The position numbers and the translations under genes are program-made. Shown here one piece after another: positions 9,120 through 18,504 of a stretch of 64,000 nucleotides of DNA. Every line of letters starts with the position of its first letter. Positions within the stretch are counted from its first letter, which is position 1. A model generated the notes under the pieces. It had not been told where the DNA came from and made no database searches. It saw nothing but the letters and a program-made list of their open reading frames with translations. This DNA is from Acidovorax sp. (GTDB taxonomy: Bacteria > Pseudomonadota > Gammaproteobacteria > Burkholderiales > Burkholderiaceae_C). The stretch covers positions 1,691-65,690 of the forward strand of contig NZ_JALEGG010000087.1 in NCBI RefSeq assembly GCF_022763525.1, given 5' to 3'.

Positions 9120-9247
9120 CTGAGAGCGGCTAACAAAACTCCTTTGCTCCTCAGGCGTCGTTGCAGCGGCTTGTCGTACACGTTGTACTGCCTGCAACGC
9201 AGCGCCTAGCCAGAACCGCTTCGCTGAGTTCTGCTGGCCGCTCTCAG
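9120..9247. repeat. GC-rich long palindromic element (ad hoc LPE), copy 1
   Basis: The arms ctgagagcggctaacaaaactc and gagttctgctggccgctctcag are inverted repeats. The core is ggcgtcgttgcagcggcttgtcgtaca/ttgtactgcctgcaacgcagcgcc. It starts 13 nt after the gspE-like stop. Confidence 0.7.
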
Positions 9248-9423
9248 GCAGATCGCGCGCTCTGCCGAAACCGCTGCCTGCCCGGCCTGGGCAAGCTTTA
9301 CGACCCCATGGCCGCTGATGGCTGGGACGGGAAGGGTTACGGAATGTAGGTGGAATCCACATCCACGCACGCCCTGGATGCCCCCACAATCGCGCAGTCG
9401 AAAATCCGCCAAGGAGACAATTC

Positions 9424-9912
9424 GTGAAAATCAAAAGTCAAAAGGACTTCTTTGCCGGCCTCATGTTCATGGGTGTGGGCGTGGCGTTTGCGTGGGGAGC
9501 CACTACGTACAACGTCGGAAATGGGGCTCGCATGGGCCCGGGTTACTTCCCGCTACTGCTGGGGATCCTGCTGGCCATCATCGGCGGCGCGATCACCTTC
9601 AAGGCCACCACGGTCGAGACGCAGGATGGTGACAAGATCGGCAAGTGGGCCTGGAAGCCGCTGTTCTTCATCCTGGCTGCCAACTTTGCGTTCGGCATCC
9701 TGCTGGGCGGACTGCCCAGCCTGGGTGTGCCTGCCATGGGCCTCATCGTGGGCATCTATGCGCTGGTCTTCATTTCCAGCCTGGCTGGCCAGGAGTTCCA
9801 CGCCAAATCGGTATTCCTTCTGGCCACGATCCTGGCCATAGGAAGTTATGTGGCATTCGTCTGGGCGCTCAAGCTGCAGTTCCCTGTGTGGCCGAGTTTC
9901 ATCACGGGTTGA
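9424..9912 (+). CDS. tctB: Tripartite tricarboxylate transporter TctB-family small permease
   Basis: 162-aa four-TM protein immediately upstream of tctA. GTG start with AAGGAG 6-7 nt upstream. Confidence 0.8.
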   Translation: MKIKSQKDFFAGLMFMGVGVAFAWGATTYNVGNGARMGPGYFPLLLGILLAIIGGAITFKATTVETQDGDKIGKWAWKPLFFILAANFAFGILLGGLPSLGVPAMGLIVGIYALVFISSLAGQEFHAKSVFLLATILAIGSYVAFVWALKLQFPVWPSFITG

Positions 9913-9927
9913 GCAGGAGCACCGACC

Positions 9928-11439
9928 ATGGAATTATTTGACAACCTCGCGATGGGTTTTGGCGTGGCCTTCACGTTCCAGAACCTGATCTACTGCTTCA
10001 TCGGCTGCCTGCTGGGTACGCTCATCGGTGTGCTGCCCGGCATCGGGCCGGTGGCCACCATCGCCATGCTGTTGCCGGCCACGTATGCGCTGCCGCCCGT
10101 GGCCGCGCTGATCATGCTGGCGGGCATCTACTACGGTGCACAGTACGGCGGCTCCACCACCGCGATCCTGGTGAACCTGCCCGGCGAATCTTCGTCGGTG
10201 GTGACCGTGATCGACGGCTACCAAATGGCGCGCAAGGGCCGAGCTGGCCCTGCGCTGGCGGCGGCGGGCCTGGGCTCGTTCTTTGCCGGCTGCGTGGGTA
10301 CGCTGATCCTGGCGGCCTTCGCTCCTCCGTTGACCGAAGTGGCGTTCAAGTTCGGCCCTGCCGAGTACTTCTCGCTGATGGTGCTGGGCCTGATTGGCGC
10401 CGTGGTTCTGGCTTCGGGCTCGCTGCTCAAGGCCGTGGCCATGATCGTGCTGGGCCTGCTGATGGGCCTCGTGGGTACCGACGTGAACTCGGGTGTCGCG
10501 CGTTTCAGCTTCGACATTCCGGAGCTGACCGACGGCATCGGCTTTGTGACCATCGCCATGGGTGTGTTCGGCTACGGCGAAATCATCGCCAACCTCTCGC
10601 GCCCCGATGACGAGCGCGAAGTGTTCACTGCCAAGGTGGAAGGTCTGTTCCCCACCAAGGATGACTTCAAGCGCATGATTCCTGCCGTGCTGCGGGGTAC
10701 GGCGCTGGGTGCCGCCCTCGGCATCCTGCCCGGTGGTGGTGCCTTGCTGGCCGCGTTTGCAGCCTACACGGTGGAGAAGAAGACCAAGCTCAAGCCCGGT
10801 GAAGTGCCGTTCGGCCAGGGCAACATCCGCGGTGTGGCGGCGCCCGAGTCGGCCAACAATGCCGGTTCGCAGACTTCCTTCATCCCGCTGCTGACGCTGG
10901 GTATCCCTCCCAACGCCGTGATGGCGCTGATGGTGGGTGCCATGACGATCCACAACATCCAGCCTGGTCCCCAGGTGATGACGAGCAATCCCGAGCTGTT
11001 CTGGGGCCTGATCGCCTCGATGTGGCTGGGCAATGCCATGCTGATCATCTTGAACCTGCCGCTGATCGGCATCTGGATCAAGCTGCTCACGGTGCCCTAC
11101 CGCTGGCTGTTCCCGTCCATCGTGCTGTTCTGCGCCGTGGGTGTGTATTCGACCAACAACAACACCTGGGACATCTGGATGGTGGGTGCGTTTGGTCTGG
11201 TGGGCTACATCTTCCACAAGCTGGGCACCGAACCCGCACCTCTGCTGCTGGGCTTCATCCTCGGCCCGATGATGGAAGAAAACCTGCGCCGCGCGCTGCT
11301 GCTGTCGCGTGGCGACTGGAGCGTGTTTGTCACGCGTCCGCTGTCGGCGGGCCTGCTGGCTGCTGCGGCGCTGCTGCTCATCATCGTGCTGCTGCCTTCG
11401 GTGAAGAGCAAGCGCGAGGAAGCCTTCGTCGAAGACTGA
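9928..11439 (+). CDS. tctA: Tripartite tricarboxylate transporter TctA-family large permease
   Basis: 503-aa polytopic membrane protein with a typical TctA sequence (MELFDNLAMGFGVAF...GYGEII...). Confidence 0.9.
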   Translation: MELFDNLAMGFGVAFTFQNLIYCFIGCLLGTLIGVLPGIGPVATIAMLLPATYALPPVAALIMLAGIYYGAQYGGSTTAILVNLPGESSSVVTVIDGYQMARKGRAGPALAAAGLGSFFAGCVGTLILAAFAPPLTEVAFKFGPAEYFSLMVLGLIGAVVLASGSLLKAVAMIVLGLLMGLVGTDVNSGVARFSFDIPELTDGIGFVTIAMGVFGYGEIIANLSRPDDEREVFTAKVEGLFPTKDDFKRMIPAVLRGTALGAALGILPGGGALLAAFAAYTVEKKTKLKPGEVPFGQGNIRGVAAPESANNAGSQTSFIPLLTLGIPPNAVMALMVGAMTIHNIQPGPQVMTSNPELFWGLIASMWLGNAMLIILNLPLIGIWIKLLTVPYRWLFPSIVLFCAVGVYSTNNNTWDIWMVGAFGLVGYIFHKLGTEPAPLLLGFILGPMMEENLRRALLLSRGDWSVFVTRPLSAGLLAAAALLLIIVLLPSVKSKREEAFVED

Positions 11440-11467
11440 CGGCACGGCCTTTTCCATCCGACTCCAG

Positions 11468-11499
11468 AACAACGGCGCCTTCGGGCGCCGTTGTTTTTT
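11468..11499 (+). terminator. Rho-independent terminator after tctA
   Basis: aacaacggcgcc-ttcg-ggcgccgttgtt followed by tttt. Confidence 0.8.
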
Positions 11500-11560
11500 G
11501 GCGATCTGCAGCCGCAGCACGCCCTCAGCGCCAGTACACAATGGCGGGCAAGAGGCCCGC

Positions 11561-12859
11561 ATGTCCACTCCAATCCACCTGCCGCAGCATCCCCACCGGG
11601 CGATGCTGCACAACGAAATCCACGCCCGTCCGCCTGAGGCCATGACGGCCCCGCTGGCCATCGCACACATCGTGATGCTGGCCGACGCCGCGGGGCGCGA
11701 AGCAAGCAGGGCCCACGTGGCGGCCCTATTGCGCGACCATCACCTGGCACTGCCCGATGCGAACACCACCCACCTGCGCATGGACCTGGGGGCTTTCCGC
11801 ATGCGGTGGGAACTGCACACCGAGTTTGTCTCGTGGACTTTCATGGTGCCTCTGGTGGCGGACGCCTTTGGCGAGCGGGAGCCCGCCAGCGCTGCCGACA
11901 CCGTGCCGCGCGAGTGGCTGTCGGCCTTGCCCGGCCAGTGCCTGTGCAGCCTCAACCTGTGGGTGCTGCCCACGCACACCTTCGGTTCGGGTTCGCTGGT
12001 CAAGCATGTGCTGCACGAGGACACGCTGGTGGCCTCCACGGTGGCAGACGGGCATGGCGAGGTCTACACGGACTTTGCGATCCACGCCGATGGGTTTTCG
12101 CGCATGGTGCTGCTCGCGGGCGGCATGACGCAGCGCCGACTGGGCCGACTGGTGCAGCGCCTGCTGGAGATCGAGACCTACCGCATGGCGGCGTTGCTGG
12201 GCCTGCCGGCTGCGCGCGAGGCCGCGAGCGTGCTGGCCTTTGCCGAGCGGGAACTGGCCGAGCTGGCCAATGCCATCCGCACCGCCAACCGCGACGCCGA
12301 GCCCGTGCTGCTCGACCGCCTGACCCGCCTGGCGGGGCAGGTGGAGAGCCAGTACGCGGCCACGCACTCGCGCTTTTCTGCTAGCAGTGCGTATTTCGAG
12401 CTGCTGGACCGCCGCATCGAGGACATCGCCGAAACGCGCCTGGCAGGGATGCAGACCATCCGCGAATTCATGGACCGGCGCCTCACGCCCGCACGCAGCA
12501 CCTGCGAGTGGGCAGCGCGGCGCCAGGATGCGCTGTCGCAACGCGTATCGCGCATGAGCAACTTGCTGCGCACGCGCGTGGAGATCGAGCAGCAGCAGAG
12601 CAGCCAGGCGCTGCTGACCACCATGAACCACCGGCAGGATTTGCAGCTGCAGATGCAGTCCACGGTGGAGGGGCTGTCGGTGGCGGCCATCACCTACTAC
12701 ATCGTGGGGCTGGTCAGCTACCTGGCCAAGGGAGCGCAAAAACTGGGCTGGCCGCTGTCGCCCGAGACCACGGCGGCCATCGCGATCCCCGTGGTGGCGC
12801 TGGGGGTATGGTGGTCGCTGCGCAGGCTGCACCACAAGGTCTTCCGCAAGCACGGCTGA
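11561..12859 (+). CDS. DUF3422-family membrane-anchored protein
   Basis: Start moved to ATG 11561 (MSTPIHLPQHPHRAMLHNEIHARP...). Two C-terminal TM helices. The family assignment is from memory of the N-terminal HNEIHARP-type motif. Confidence 0.6.
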   Translation: MSTPIHLPQHPHRAMLHNEIHARPPEAMTAPLAIAHIVMLADAAGREASRAHVAALLRDHHLALPDANTTHLRMDLGAFRMRWELHTEFVSWTFMVPLVADAFGEREPASAADTVPREWLSALPGQCLCSLNLWVLPTHTFGSGSLVKHVLHEDTLVASTVADGHGEVYTDFAIHADGFSRMVLLAGGMTQRRLGRLVQRLLEIETYRMAALLGLPAAREAASVLAFAERELAELANAIRTANRDAEPVLLDRLTRLAGQVESQYAATHSRFSASSAYFELLDRRIEDIAETRLAGMQTIREFMDRRLTPARSTCEWAARRQDALSQRVSRMSNLLRTRVEIEQQQSSQALLTTMNHRQDLQLQMQSTVEGLSVAAITYYIVGLVSYLAKGAQKLGWPLSPETTAAIAIPVVALGVWWSLRRLHHKVFRKHG

Positions 12860-12925
12860 ACGCTGCCGCGAGGGGTGTTCGCGCAGAGGGCAGCGCTGCC
12901 GCGGGGTGCGGCCCATAATGCCCCG

Positions 12926-14548
12926 ATGGACTTCAGCTATACCCCTTCTTATGCCAGCACGCGCTTGCCGGTGTTCGCCCGCAACGTGGTTTCCACCTCC
13001 CATCCGCTGGCTGCCCAGGCGGGCCTGCGCATGCTGCAGCAGGGCGGCAACGCCGTGGATGCTGCGGTGGCGGCGGCAGCGGCCATGACGATCTGCGAGC
13101 CCGTGAGCAACGGGCTGGGCAGCGATGCTTTTTGCATTTTGTGGGACGGGAAAGCCCTGCATGGGCTCAATGCCTCCGGCCGCGCCCCCGCTGCCTGGAC
13201 GCCGTCTTACTTTCATAGCCGCTACGGCGAGGGGCAGGCCAGCCCGCCTAAGCGGGGCATCGATTCCGTCACCGTGCCGGGCGCCGTCAGCGCCTGGGTC
13301 GCCTTGTCGGAGCGGTTTGGCAAGCTGCCTTTTGCCGACCTGATGGAGCCCGCGGCCGAGATCGCCGAGCGCGGCTACCTGGTGCCAGTGGTGGTGCAGC
13401 AGAAGTGGGCGGCCGCGGTGCCCGAGCTGCACGTGCAGCCCGGCTTTGCGCAGAGTTTCATGCCCTGGGGCCGCGCGCCGCAGGTGGGCGAGCTGTTCCA
13501 GTTTGCTGCAGCAGCGCGGGCGTTGCGGGCCATTGGCGCGACGCGCGGCCAGGCGTTCTATACGGGCGAGATTGCACAGGCGCTGGTGGCCTTTTCGCAG
13601 GCGCTGGGTGGGGGGCTGACCTTGGCGGACTTCGCGGCGCACCAGCCGGAGTGGGTGGCGCCCATCGCCCGCGACTACCGTGGCTACACGCTGCACGAGA
13701 TTCCGCCCAACGGCCAGGGCATTGCTGCCCTGATCGCCCTGGGCATCCTGGAGCAGTTCGACCTGGCCGAGCTGGCGGCGGATGGCGCCCGTGCACAGCA
13801 TCTGCAGATCGAGGCGATGAAGCTCGCGTTTGCCGATGTGTACCGCTATGTGGCCGAGCCATCGTCCATGGCGGTGACCCCCGCGCAAATGCTCGATGAC
13901 GCGTACCTCGCCTCCCGTGCCAAACTCATCGACATGAACAAGGCGCAGGATTTTGGGGCAGGCAACCCGGCCAAGGGCGGCACCATTTATCTCACGGCGG
14001 CCGACGAGAACGGCATGATGGTGAGCTTCATCCAGAGCAACTACATGGGCTTCGGCTCGGGCTGTGTGGAGCCCACGTTCGGCATCAGCCTGCAGAACCG
14101 CGGCCAGGCGTTCAGCACCGACCCGGCGGGTGCCAATGCCGCCAACCTCGTGGCACCCGGCAAGCGGCCGTTCCACACCATCATCCCGGCCTTTCTCACG
14201 CAGGGCGGGCAGCCGGTGATGAGCTATGGCGTCATGGGCGCGAACATGCAGCCGCAAGGCCACCTGCAAACCCTGGTGCGCATGCTCGACTACGGGCAGA
14301 ACCCCCAGACCGCGTGCGACGCGCCGCGCTGGCGCTTCAACGAAGGCCTTTCCCTCAATGTCGAAGCCAGCATGGCCCCCGGCACCGTGCAGGGGCTGCA
14401 GGCCCTGGGACACCAGCTGGATGTGCTGCAGGACCCCTACCAGGACTTCGGCGCGGGCCAGTTCATTTGGCGCATGGGCGATCCCAAGGTGCAGGGCTAC
14501 GTGGCAGCCAGCGATCCGCGCCGTGATGGGCTGGCGGCAGGGTACTGA
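12926..14548 (+). CDS. ggt: Gamma-glutamyltransferase family protein
   Basis: Start moved to ATG 12926 (MDFSYTP...). ...STSHPLAAQAGLRMLQQGGNAVDAAVA... and the autoprocessing/nucleophile region ...KGGTIYLTAADENGMMVSFIQSNY.... Confidence 0.85.
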   Translation: MDFSYTPSYASTRLPVFARNVVSTSHPLAAQAGLRMLQQGGNAVDAAVAAAAAMTICEPVSNGLGSDAFCILWDGKALHGLNASGRAPAAWTPSYFHSRYGEGQASPPKRGIDSVTVPGAVSAWVALSERFGKLPFADLMEPAAEIAERGYLVPVVVQQKWAAAVPELHVQPGFAQSFMPWGRAPQVGELFQFAAAARALRAIGATRGQAFYTGEIAQALVAFSQALGGGLTLADFAAHQPEWVAPIARDYRGYTLHEIPPNGQGIAALIALGILEQFDLAELAADGARAQHLQIEAMKLAFADVYRYVAEPSSMAVTPAQMLDDAYLASRAKLIDMNKAQDFGAGNPAKGGTIYLTAADENGMMVSFIQSNYMGFGSGCVEPTFGISLQNRGQAFSTDPAGANAANLVAPGKRPFHTIIPAFLTQGGQPVMSYGVMGANMQPQGHLQTLVRMLDYGQNPQTACDAPRWRFNEGLSLNVEASMAPGTVQGLQALGHQLDVLQDPYQDFGAGQFIWRMGDPKVQGYVAASDPRRDGLAAGY

Positions 14549-14710
14549 TGAAACTCCCCCTGAGTCGCCTTCGGCGCCTTCCCCCTCTCTCGCTGCGCGG
14601 GAGGGGGACGCCACCGGTGGCCTGGCGAAGCCAGATCCATGGTGGCACTGGCTTGGGCTACGCCACTTGCCAGCGACACGGGTCGTACGCACGTCATTGA
14701 TGAGTGGAAA

Positions 14711-14774
14711 GCTATATTAAAAGTGCCTCCAGCCCAATCACCACAAGCGCAAGCAGCTAGAAAAAATGTAGCAA
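14711..14774 (-). repeat. SAR repeat copy overlapping the 5' end of the EamA gene
   Basis: The reverse complement reads TTGCTAcattttttcTAGCTGcttGCGCTTgtggtgattgggctgGAGGCActtttaatatagc. It is read in frame as ...AILKVPPAQSPQAQAARKNVA.... Confidence 0.65.
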
Positions 14775-15652
14775 CCGGGCTCGTCCTGGCGCTGCTGGGC
14801 TCCATCGCCTTCAGCGGCAAGGCCATCATCGTCAAGCTGGCGTACCGCTATGGCGTCGATGCGGTCACGCTCATCATGTACCGCATGCTGTTCGCGCTGC
14901 CCATCTTCGCCGTGATGGCATGGTGGGCCAGCCGGGGCCAGCCACCTTTGACTCGCAAGGACTGGCTGGGCGTGCTGGGCCTGGGGCTCACAGGCTACTA
15001 CCTGGCGAGTTTCCTGGACTTCGCCGGGCTGGCCTACATCAGCGCAAGCCTGGAGCGCCTGATCCTGTACCTCAACCCGACGCTGGTGGTCGTGCTGGGC
15101 TGGGTGCTTTACCGGCGCAGCATCACGTGGGGGCAGGCGCTGGGCATGCTCATCAGCTACTGCGGCGTCGTGCTGGTGTTCGGGCATGAGGCCAATCTGC
15201 AGGGCGCCAACGCGGCCTGGGGCACCTTGCTGGTGTTCCTGAGCGCGGTGAGCTATGCCATTTACCTGGTCTACAGCGGCGAAATGGTGCGGCGCCTCGG
15301 CTCGCTGCGGCTCGTGGGCCTGGCCACCTCCGTGGCGTGCCTGCTGTGCCTGTTGCAGTTCGTGTTGCTCCGCCCCCTGAGCGCCGCGGTGGTGGCCCCT
15401 GAGGTGGTCTGGCTGTCCATCCTGAACGCGACGCTGTGCACGGCGGCCCCGGTGCTCATGGTGATGATGGCCATTGAACGCGTGGGTGCGGGCACGACGG
15501 CGCAGACGGGCATGGTGGGGCCCTTGTCGACCATCCTCATGGGCGTGTGGATCCTGGGCGAGCCGTTCACGGTGTGGGTGGCGGCGGGCACGGCGCTGGT
15601 GTTGGCGGGCATTTTCGTGTTCACGCAGATGGCGCGCCGTCAGGCACCGTAG
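14723..15652 (+). CDS. EamA/DMT-family transporter
   Basis: Ten-TM DMT protein (...GLVLALLGSIAFSGKAIIVKLAY...). The start is uncertain. GTG 14723 gives a normal short N-terminus; the track start ATG 14639 adds 28 aa. Confidence 0.7.
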   Translation: MPPAQSPQAQAARKNVATGLVLALLGSIAFSGKAIIVKLAYRYGVDAVTLIMYRMLFALPIFAVMAWWASRGQPPLTRKDWLGVLGLGLTGYYLASFLDFAGLAYISASLERLILYLNPTLVVVLGWVLYRRSITWGQALGMLISYCGVVLVFGHEANLQGANAAWGTLLVFLSAVSYAIYLVYSGEMVRRLGSLRLVGLATSVACLLCLLQFVLLRPLSAAVVAPEVVWLSILNATLCTAAPVLMVMMAIERVGAGTTAQTGMVGPLSTILMGVWILGEPFTVWVAAGTALVLAGIFVFTQMARRQAP

Positions 15653-15673
15653 CCCCCGTCACGTGACATCTGA

Positions 15674-15862
15674 TGCGGATCGCGCGCGGACTGGACCCAC
15701 AGCAGCGACTACGCTGCGAACCACGCCGTGGCCTTCGATGTGGACAGCCGTTACGAACCCGTGCAGGGCCTGCACCGCACCATTCAGCGTTGGGTCTGCA
15801 AGGCACCCCGTGCCTCGGTGATGCTCGCCAAGGGCAAAGAGACCTTCGTCTGGGAGTTTTAG
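15674..15862 (+). pseudogene. Possible gene remnant or small ORF (coding-like frame without an ATG)
   Basis: An open frame reads ...DWTHSSDYAANHAVAFDVDSRYEPVQGLHRTIQRWVCKAPRASVMLAKGKETFVWEF* with GC-rich third positions. The only starts are GTG (15728) or ATG (15821). It ends where LPE copy 2 begins. Confidence 0.25.
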
Positions 15863-15975
15863 GAGCGGCTAACAAAGCTCTTCTGGCGTCGTTGCAGCGT
15901 CTTGCCGTACGACTTCTTGTACTGCCTGCGACGCGGCGCCTCGCCAGAACCACTTCGCTGAGTTTGGTTAGCGCC
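15863..15975. repeat. GC-rich long palindromic element (LPE), copy 2
   Basis: gagcggctaacaaagctc...ggcgtcgttgcagcgtcttgccgtac...ttgtactgcctgcgacgcggcgcc...gagtttggttagcgcc. Lies between the convergent EamA and M48 genes. Confidence 0.7.
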
Positions 15976-16000
15976 AAGTCCGCCGGTGAGGCGGCGTTGC

Positions 16001-16978
16001 TTATCCAGTCTTCTTGGTCGGCCGGGCCGCAGGCGCCGGTGCCGGCGTACTGGCAGGCGCGTTGCCGCCCACGCGCTGGGCAATCGAGGCACGCGAGCCG
16101 CCCAGGCCATCGAACTGCCGGCCCATGGACTGCTCCAGGTAGTCCAGGCGTGCTTGTGCTGCGGGGTGGGTCGACATCGTCAGCGTGAACATGGGATTGT
16201 CGGGCGTGACGGTGCGCAGCTGCTGCAGCACCGAGACGAGGCCATACGGATCAAAACCCGCCTTGGCCGCCAGCGATACGCCGGTGCGGTCTGCCTCGAA
16301 CTCGTCGGTCTGGCTCAGTCCCTTGGTATAGACCGTTCGGAACAGCGACAGCAGCTGGTCCTTGACGAGCTGCCCCGCCACGTTGCTGGTGCGGATCTGC
16401 GAGGCCAGCAGCTGCGTGCCGACGCCGGCCATGGCGCTTTGCCGGATGGCCTGCAGGTGATGCTTGGCAGTGACGTGCGTGATCTCGTGGGCCAGGATGC
16501 CCGCCAGCTCGGACTCGTCGGCACAGCGGTCGATGAGCCCCTTGGTCACAAACACGTAGCCGCCCGGCGCCGCGAAGGCGTTGTAGCCCGCGTCGTCGAG
16601 CACCACAAAGGTCCAGGGCAGGCCGGCCCGGGGAGATTGCAGGCTGATCCAGCGGCCCAGACGGTTCACGTAGCGCTGCAGTGCCATGTCCGGGTGGGCG
16701 GGCTTGGCGCCCAGCAGCAAGGCGGCCAACTGCCGGCCAATCTCGATTTCCTTGGGCTCGTCGATGTTCTCCATCGACTGCGTCAGCAGGCTGATCAGGT
16801 CGTCGCCCTGCGCCGCGGGAGCCGACCTGCCGCCCGTGATGGCAGAGCCCAGGCCGCCGCCCAGCGAGTTGAGAATGTTCATCATGCCCTGGCTGTGGGC
16901 GGCCAGCGGGGCCGCGGCGAGCACCGTGCACAAGGCTACCGTCTGTGCGCGGCGTTTCCAGGTGGAAATCCGGTTCAT
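16001..16978 (-). CDS. Secreted M48-family zinc metalloprotease
   Basis: HEITH zinc motif (GILAHEITHVTAKHH). Start moved to ATG 16978 (MNRISTWKRRAQTVALCTVLAAAPLAAHS signal peptide) with GAGGAG 6 nt upstream. Confidence 0.8.
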   Translation of the reverse strand: MNRISTWKRRAQTVALCTVLAAAPLAAHSQGMMNILNSLGGGLGSAITGGRSAPAAQGDDLISLLTQSMENIDEPKEIEIGRQLAALLLGAKPAHPDMALQRYVNRLGRWISLQSPRAGLPWTFVVLDDAGYNAFAAPGGYVFVTKGLIDRCADESELAGILAHEITHVTAKHHLQAIRQSAMAGVGTQLLASQIRTSNVAGQLVKDQLLSLFRTVYTKGLSQTDEFEADRTGVSLAAKAGFDPYGLVSVLQQLRTVTPDNPMFTLTMSTHPAAQARLDYLEQSMGRQFDGLGGSRASIAQRVGGNAPASTPAPAPAARPTKKTG

Positions 16979-16988
16979 GGGCATCTCC

Positions 16989-17600
16989 TCAGTTGGGGCT
17001 GTAGTTGGGGTCGGCGGGGTTGCCGGAATTGCTGCCGGAGCTGCGGTTCGAGGTGGGCAGTGCAGGCTGTGCCAGCGCGGGCACCTCGCGGGATTGCAGG
17101 GACGCGGAGCTGGCGAACTGGCGTGCCTGGTCGGCATTCACCCGCAGGCCTTCCACCCTCCCGACGGCCGCAGGGTCGGGCTGTGCATTGGCGATGTCTT
17201 CAGCACCCAGGCCGCGAATGCCCACCGTGGAGGTGGCGGTGGTGGTGGAGCCACCGGTGCCGCCAAACAATCCACCCAGGCCCCGCAGTCCGCTGGTCGC
17301 CGCGTTGTTGGAGGGGGTGGCCGCACCCGACTGCGGGCCCAGATCGAACATGTGCACCCAGCCGCTGGCGCCTTGCTGCGTGCTCACCTTGGTCCAGGGG
17401 CCCTTGCGCTCGTTGGTGCGCGTGACCACGGTGTTGGCTTCCAGCGGAGCCACGCTCGCGCCGCCGTCGCTGGGAGCGTCGCGCAGCTGGGTGGCCCGCT
17501 TGATCACGGCCGCCTCCTGCGCATGCACGCTACCTGCCAGGGGCGCCAATGCGGCGCATGCCAGCCAGGTGGCCAGGGCTCCGCGGTGCAGCCAGTTCAT
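16989..17600 (-). CDS. Secreted SH3b-like domain protein
   Basis: Start at ATG 17600 (MNWLHRGALATWLACAALAPLAGSVHA signal peptide). SH3_3-like segment ...VVTRTNERKGPWTKVSTQQGASGWVHMFDL.... Low-complexity G/A/T/S-rich C-terminal half. It ends 10 nt before the M48 gene. Confidence 0.6.
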   Translation of the reverse strand: MNWLHRGALATWLACAALAPLAGSVHAQEAAVIKRATQLRDAPSDGGASVAPLEANTVVTRTNERKGPWTKVSTQQGASGWVHMFDLGPQSGAATPSNNAATSGLRGLGGLFGGTGGSTTTATSTVGIRGLGAEDIANAQPDPAAVGRVEGLRVNADQARQFASSASLQSREVPALAQPALPTSNRSSGSNSGNPADPNYSPN

Positions 17601-17673
17601 GTTGCAGCTCTCCACTTATGATGATTCGATGATTTTGTGAGTGCTGCAGGTGGCAGCAGAACCGGAGATTGTT

Positions 17674-18504
17674 ATGGATTTGGGTATCGCAGGCAAATGG
17701 GCGCTGGTGTGCGGCGCCAGCAAGGGGCTGGGCTATGGCTGTGCTCAAGCCCTGGTGCGCGAGGGCGTCAATGTGGTCATCAATGCCCGCAATGCGCAGG
17801 CGCTCGAACAGGCTGCTAGCAATTTGGTAGCTGATGCCGCGCTTGCTGCAAGCGCGGGGGGGCAAAAAATTGTCCAACCCCAGGTCGTGGCGGTGGCCGC
17901 CGACATCACCACGGCCGAGGGGCGCGCGGCCGTGTTCTCGGTGCCGGGTGGGCCGGGGCGCGACTTCGACATCGTGGTGACGAACGCGGGTGGCCCGCCC
18001 ACCGGAGATTTTCGCGACTGGGACCGCGATGCCTGGATCAAGGCGGTGGATGCCAACATGCTCACTCCCATCGAGCTGATCCGCGCCACGGTGGACGGCA
18101 TGGCCGCACGGGGCTTCGGGCGCATCGTCAACATCACCTCCAGCGCCGTGAAGGCCCCCATCGACATCCTGGGCCTTTCCAACGGCGCGCGCAGCGGGCT
18201 GACCGGCTTTGTGGCAGGGGTTGCTCGCAGCAAGATTGCCGCGCAGGGCGTAACCATCAACAACTTGCTGCCGGGAAAGTTTGACACCGATCGGCTCGCG
18301 GCCACGGTGGTCGCCGCCGCCGGCAAGTCAGGCAAGTCGGTGGACGATGTCCGCCAGGCCCAGCAGGCCCAGATTCCGGCAGGCCGCTATGGCACCGCGC
18401 AGGAGTTCGGAGCGATCTGCGCCTTCCTGTGCAGCCAGCATGCCGCGTACATGACCGGACAGAACATCCTGGCCGATGGGGGCGCCTACCCAGGCACGTT
18501 CTGA
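17674..18504 (+). CDS. SDR-family oxidoreductase
   Basis: Start moved to ATG 17674 (MDLGIAGKWALVCGASKGLGYG...). Contains an NAGG motif and an SDR fold sequence. A SAR repeat copy sits in the loop after the second beta-strand. Confidence 0.85.
   Translation: MDLGIAGKWALVCGASKGLGYGCAQALVREGVNVVINARNAQALEQAASNLVADAALAASAGGQKIVQPQVVAVAADITTAEGRAAVFSVPGGPGRDFDIVVTNAGGPPTGDFRDWDRDAWIKAVDANMLTPIELIRATVDGMAARGFGRIVNITSSAVKAPIDILGLSNGARSGLTGFVAGVARSKIAAQGVTINNLLPGKFDTDRLAATVVAAAGKSGKSVDDVRQAQQAQIPAGRYGTAQEFGAICAFLCSQHAAYMTGQNILADGGAYPGTF
17813..17872 (+). repeat. SAR repeat copy inside the SDR gene (sense orientation)
   Basis: cTGCTAgcaatttgGTAGCTGatgccGCGCTTGctgCAAGCGCgGGGGGCaaaaaattg. Translated in frame as AASNLVADAALAASAGGQKIV. 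Confidence 0.65.

Noticed and set aside
7295-9181. 628-aa ORF antisense to the gspE-like gene
   Set aside because: It is a typical stop-free antisense frame in very GC-rich DNA. The sequence is low-complexity (R/A/G/H/L-rich) with no motifs, and the sense strand encodes a complete, motif-rich ATPase.
12375-12410. Weak resemblance of ttttctgctagcagtgcgtatttcgag (inside the DUF3422 gene) to the SAR repeat
   Set aside because: Only a short partial match (gctagc..gcg.atttcg), without the flanking blocks.
11726-14692. 988-aa ORF antisense across the DUF3422 and ggt genes
   Set aside because: It spans two unrelated genes and their intergenic gap on the opposite strand. The sequence is Arg/Ala/Gly-rich and low in complexity, so it is a high-GC artefact.
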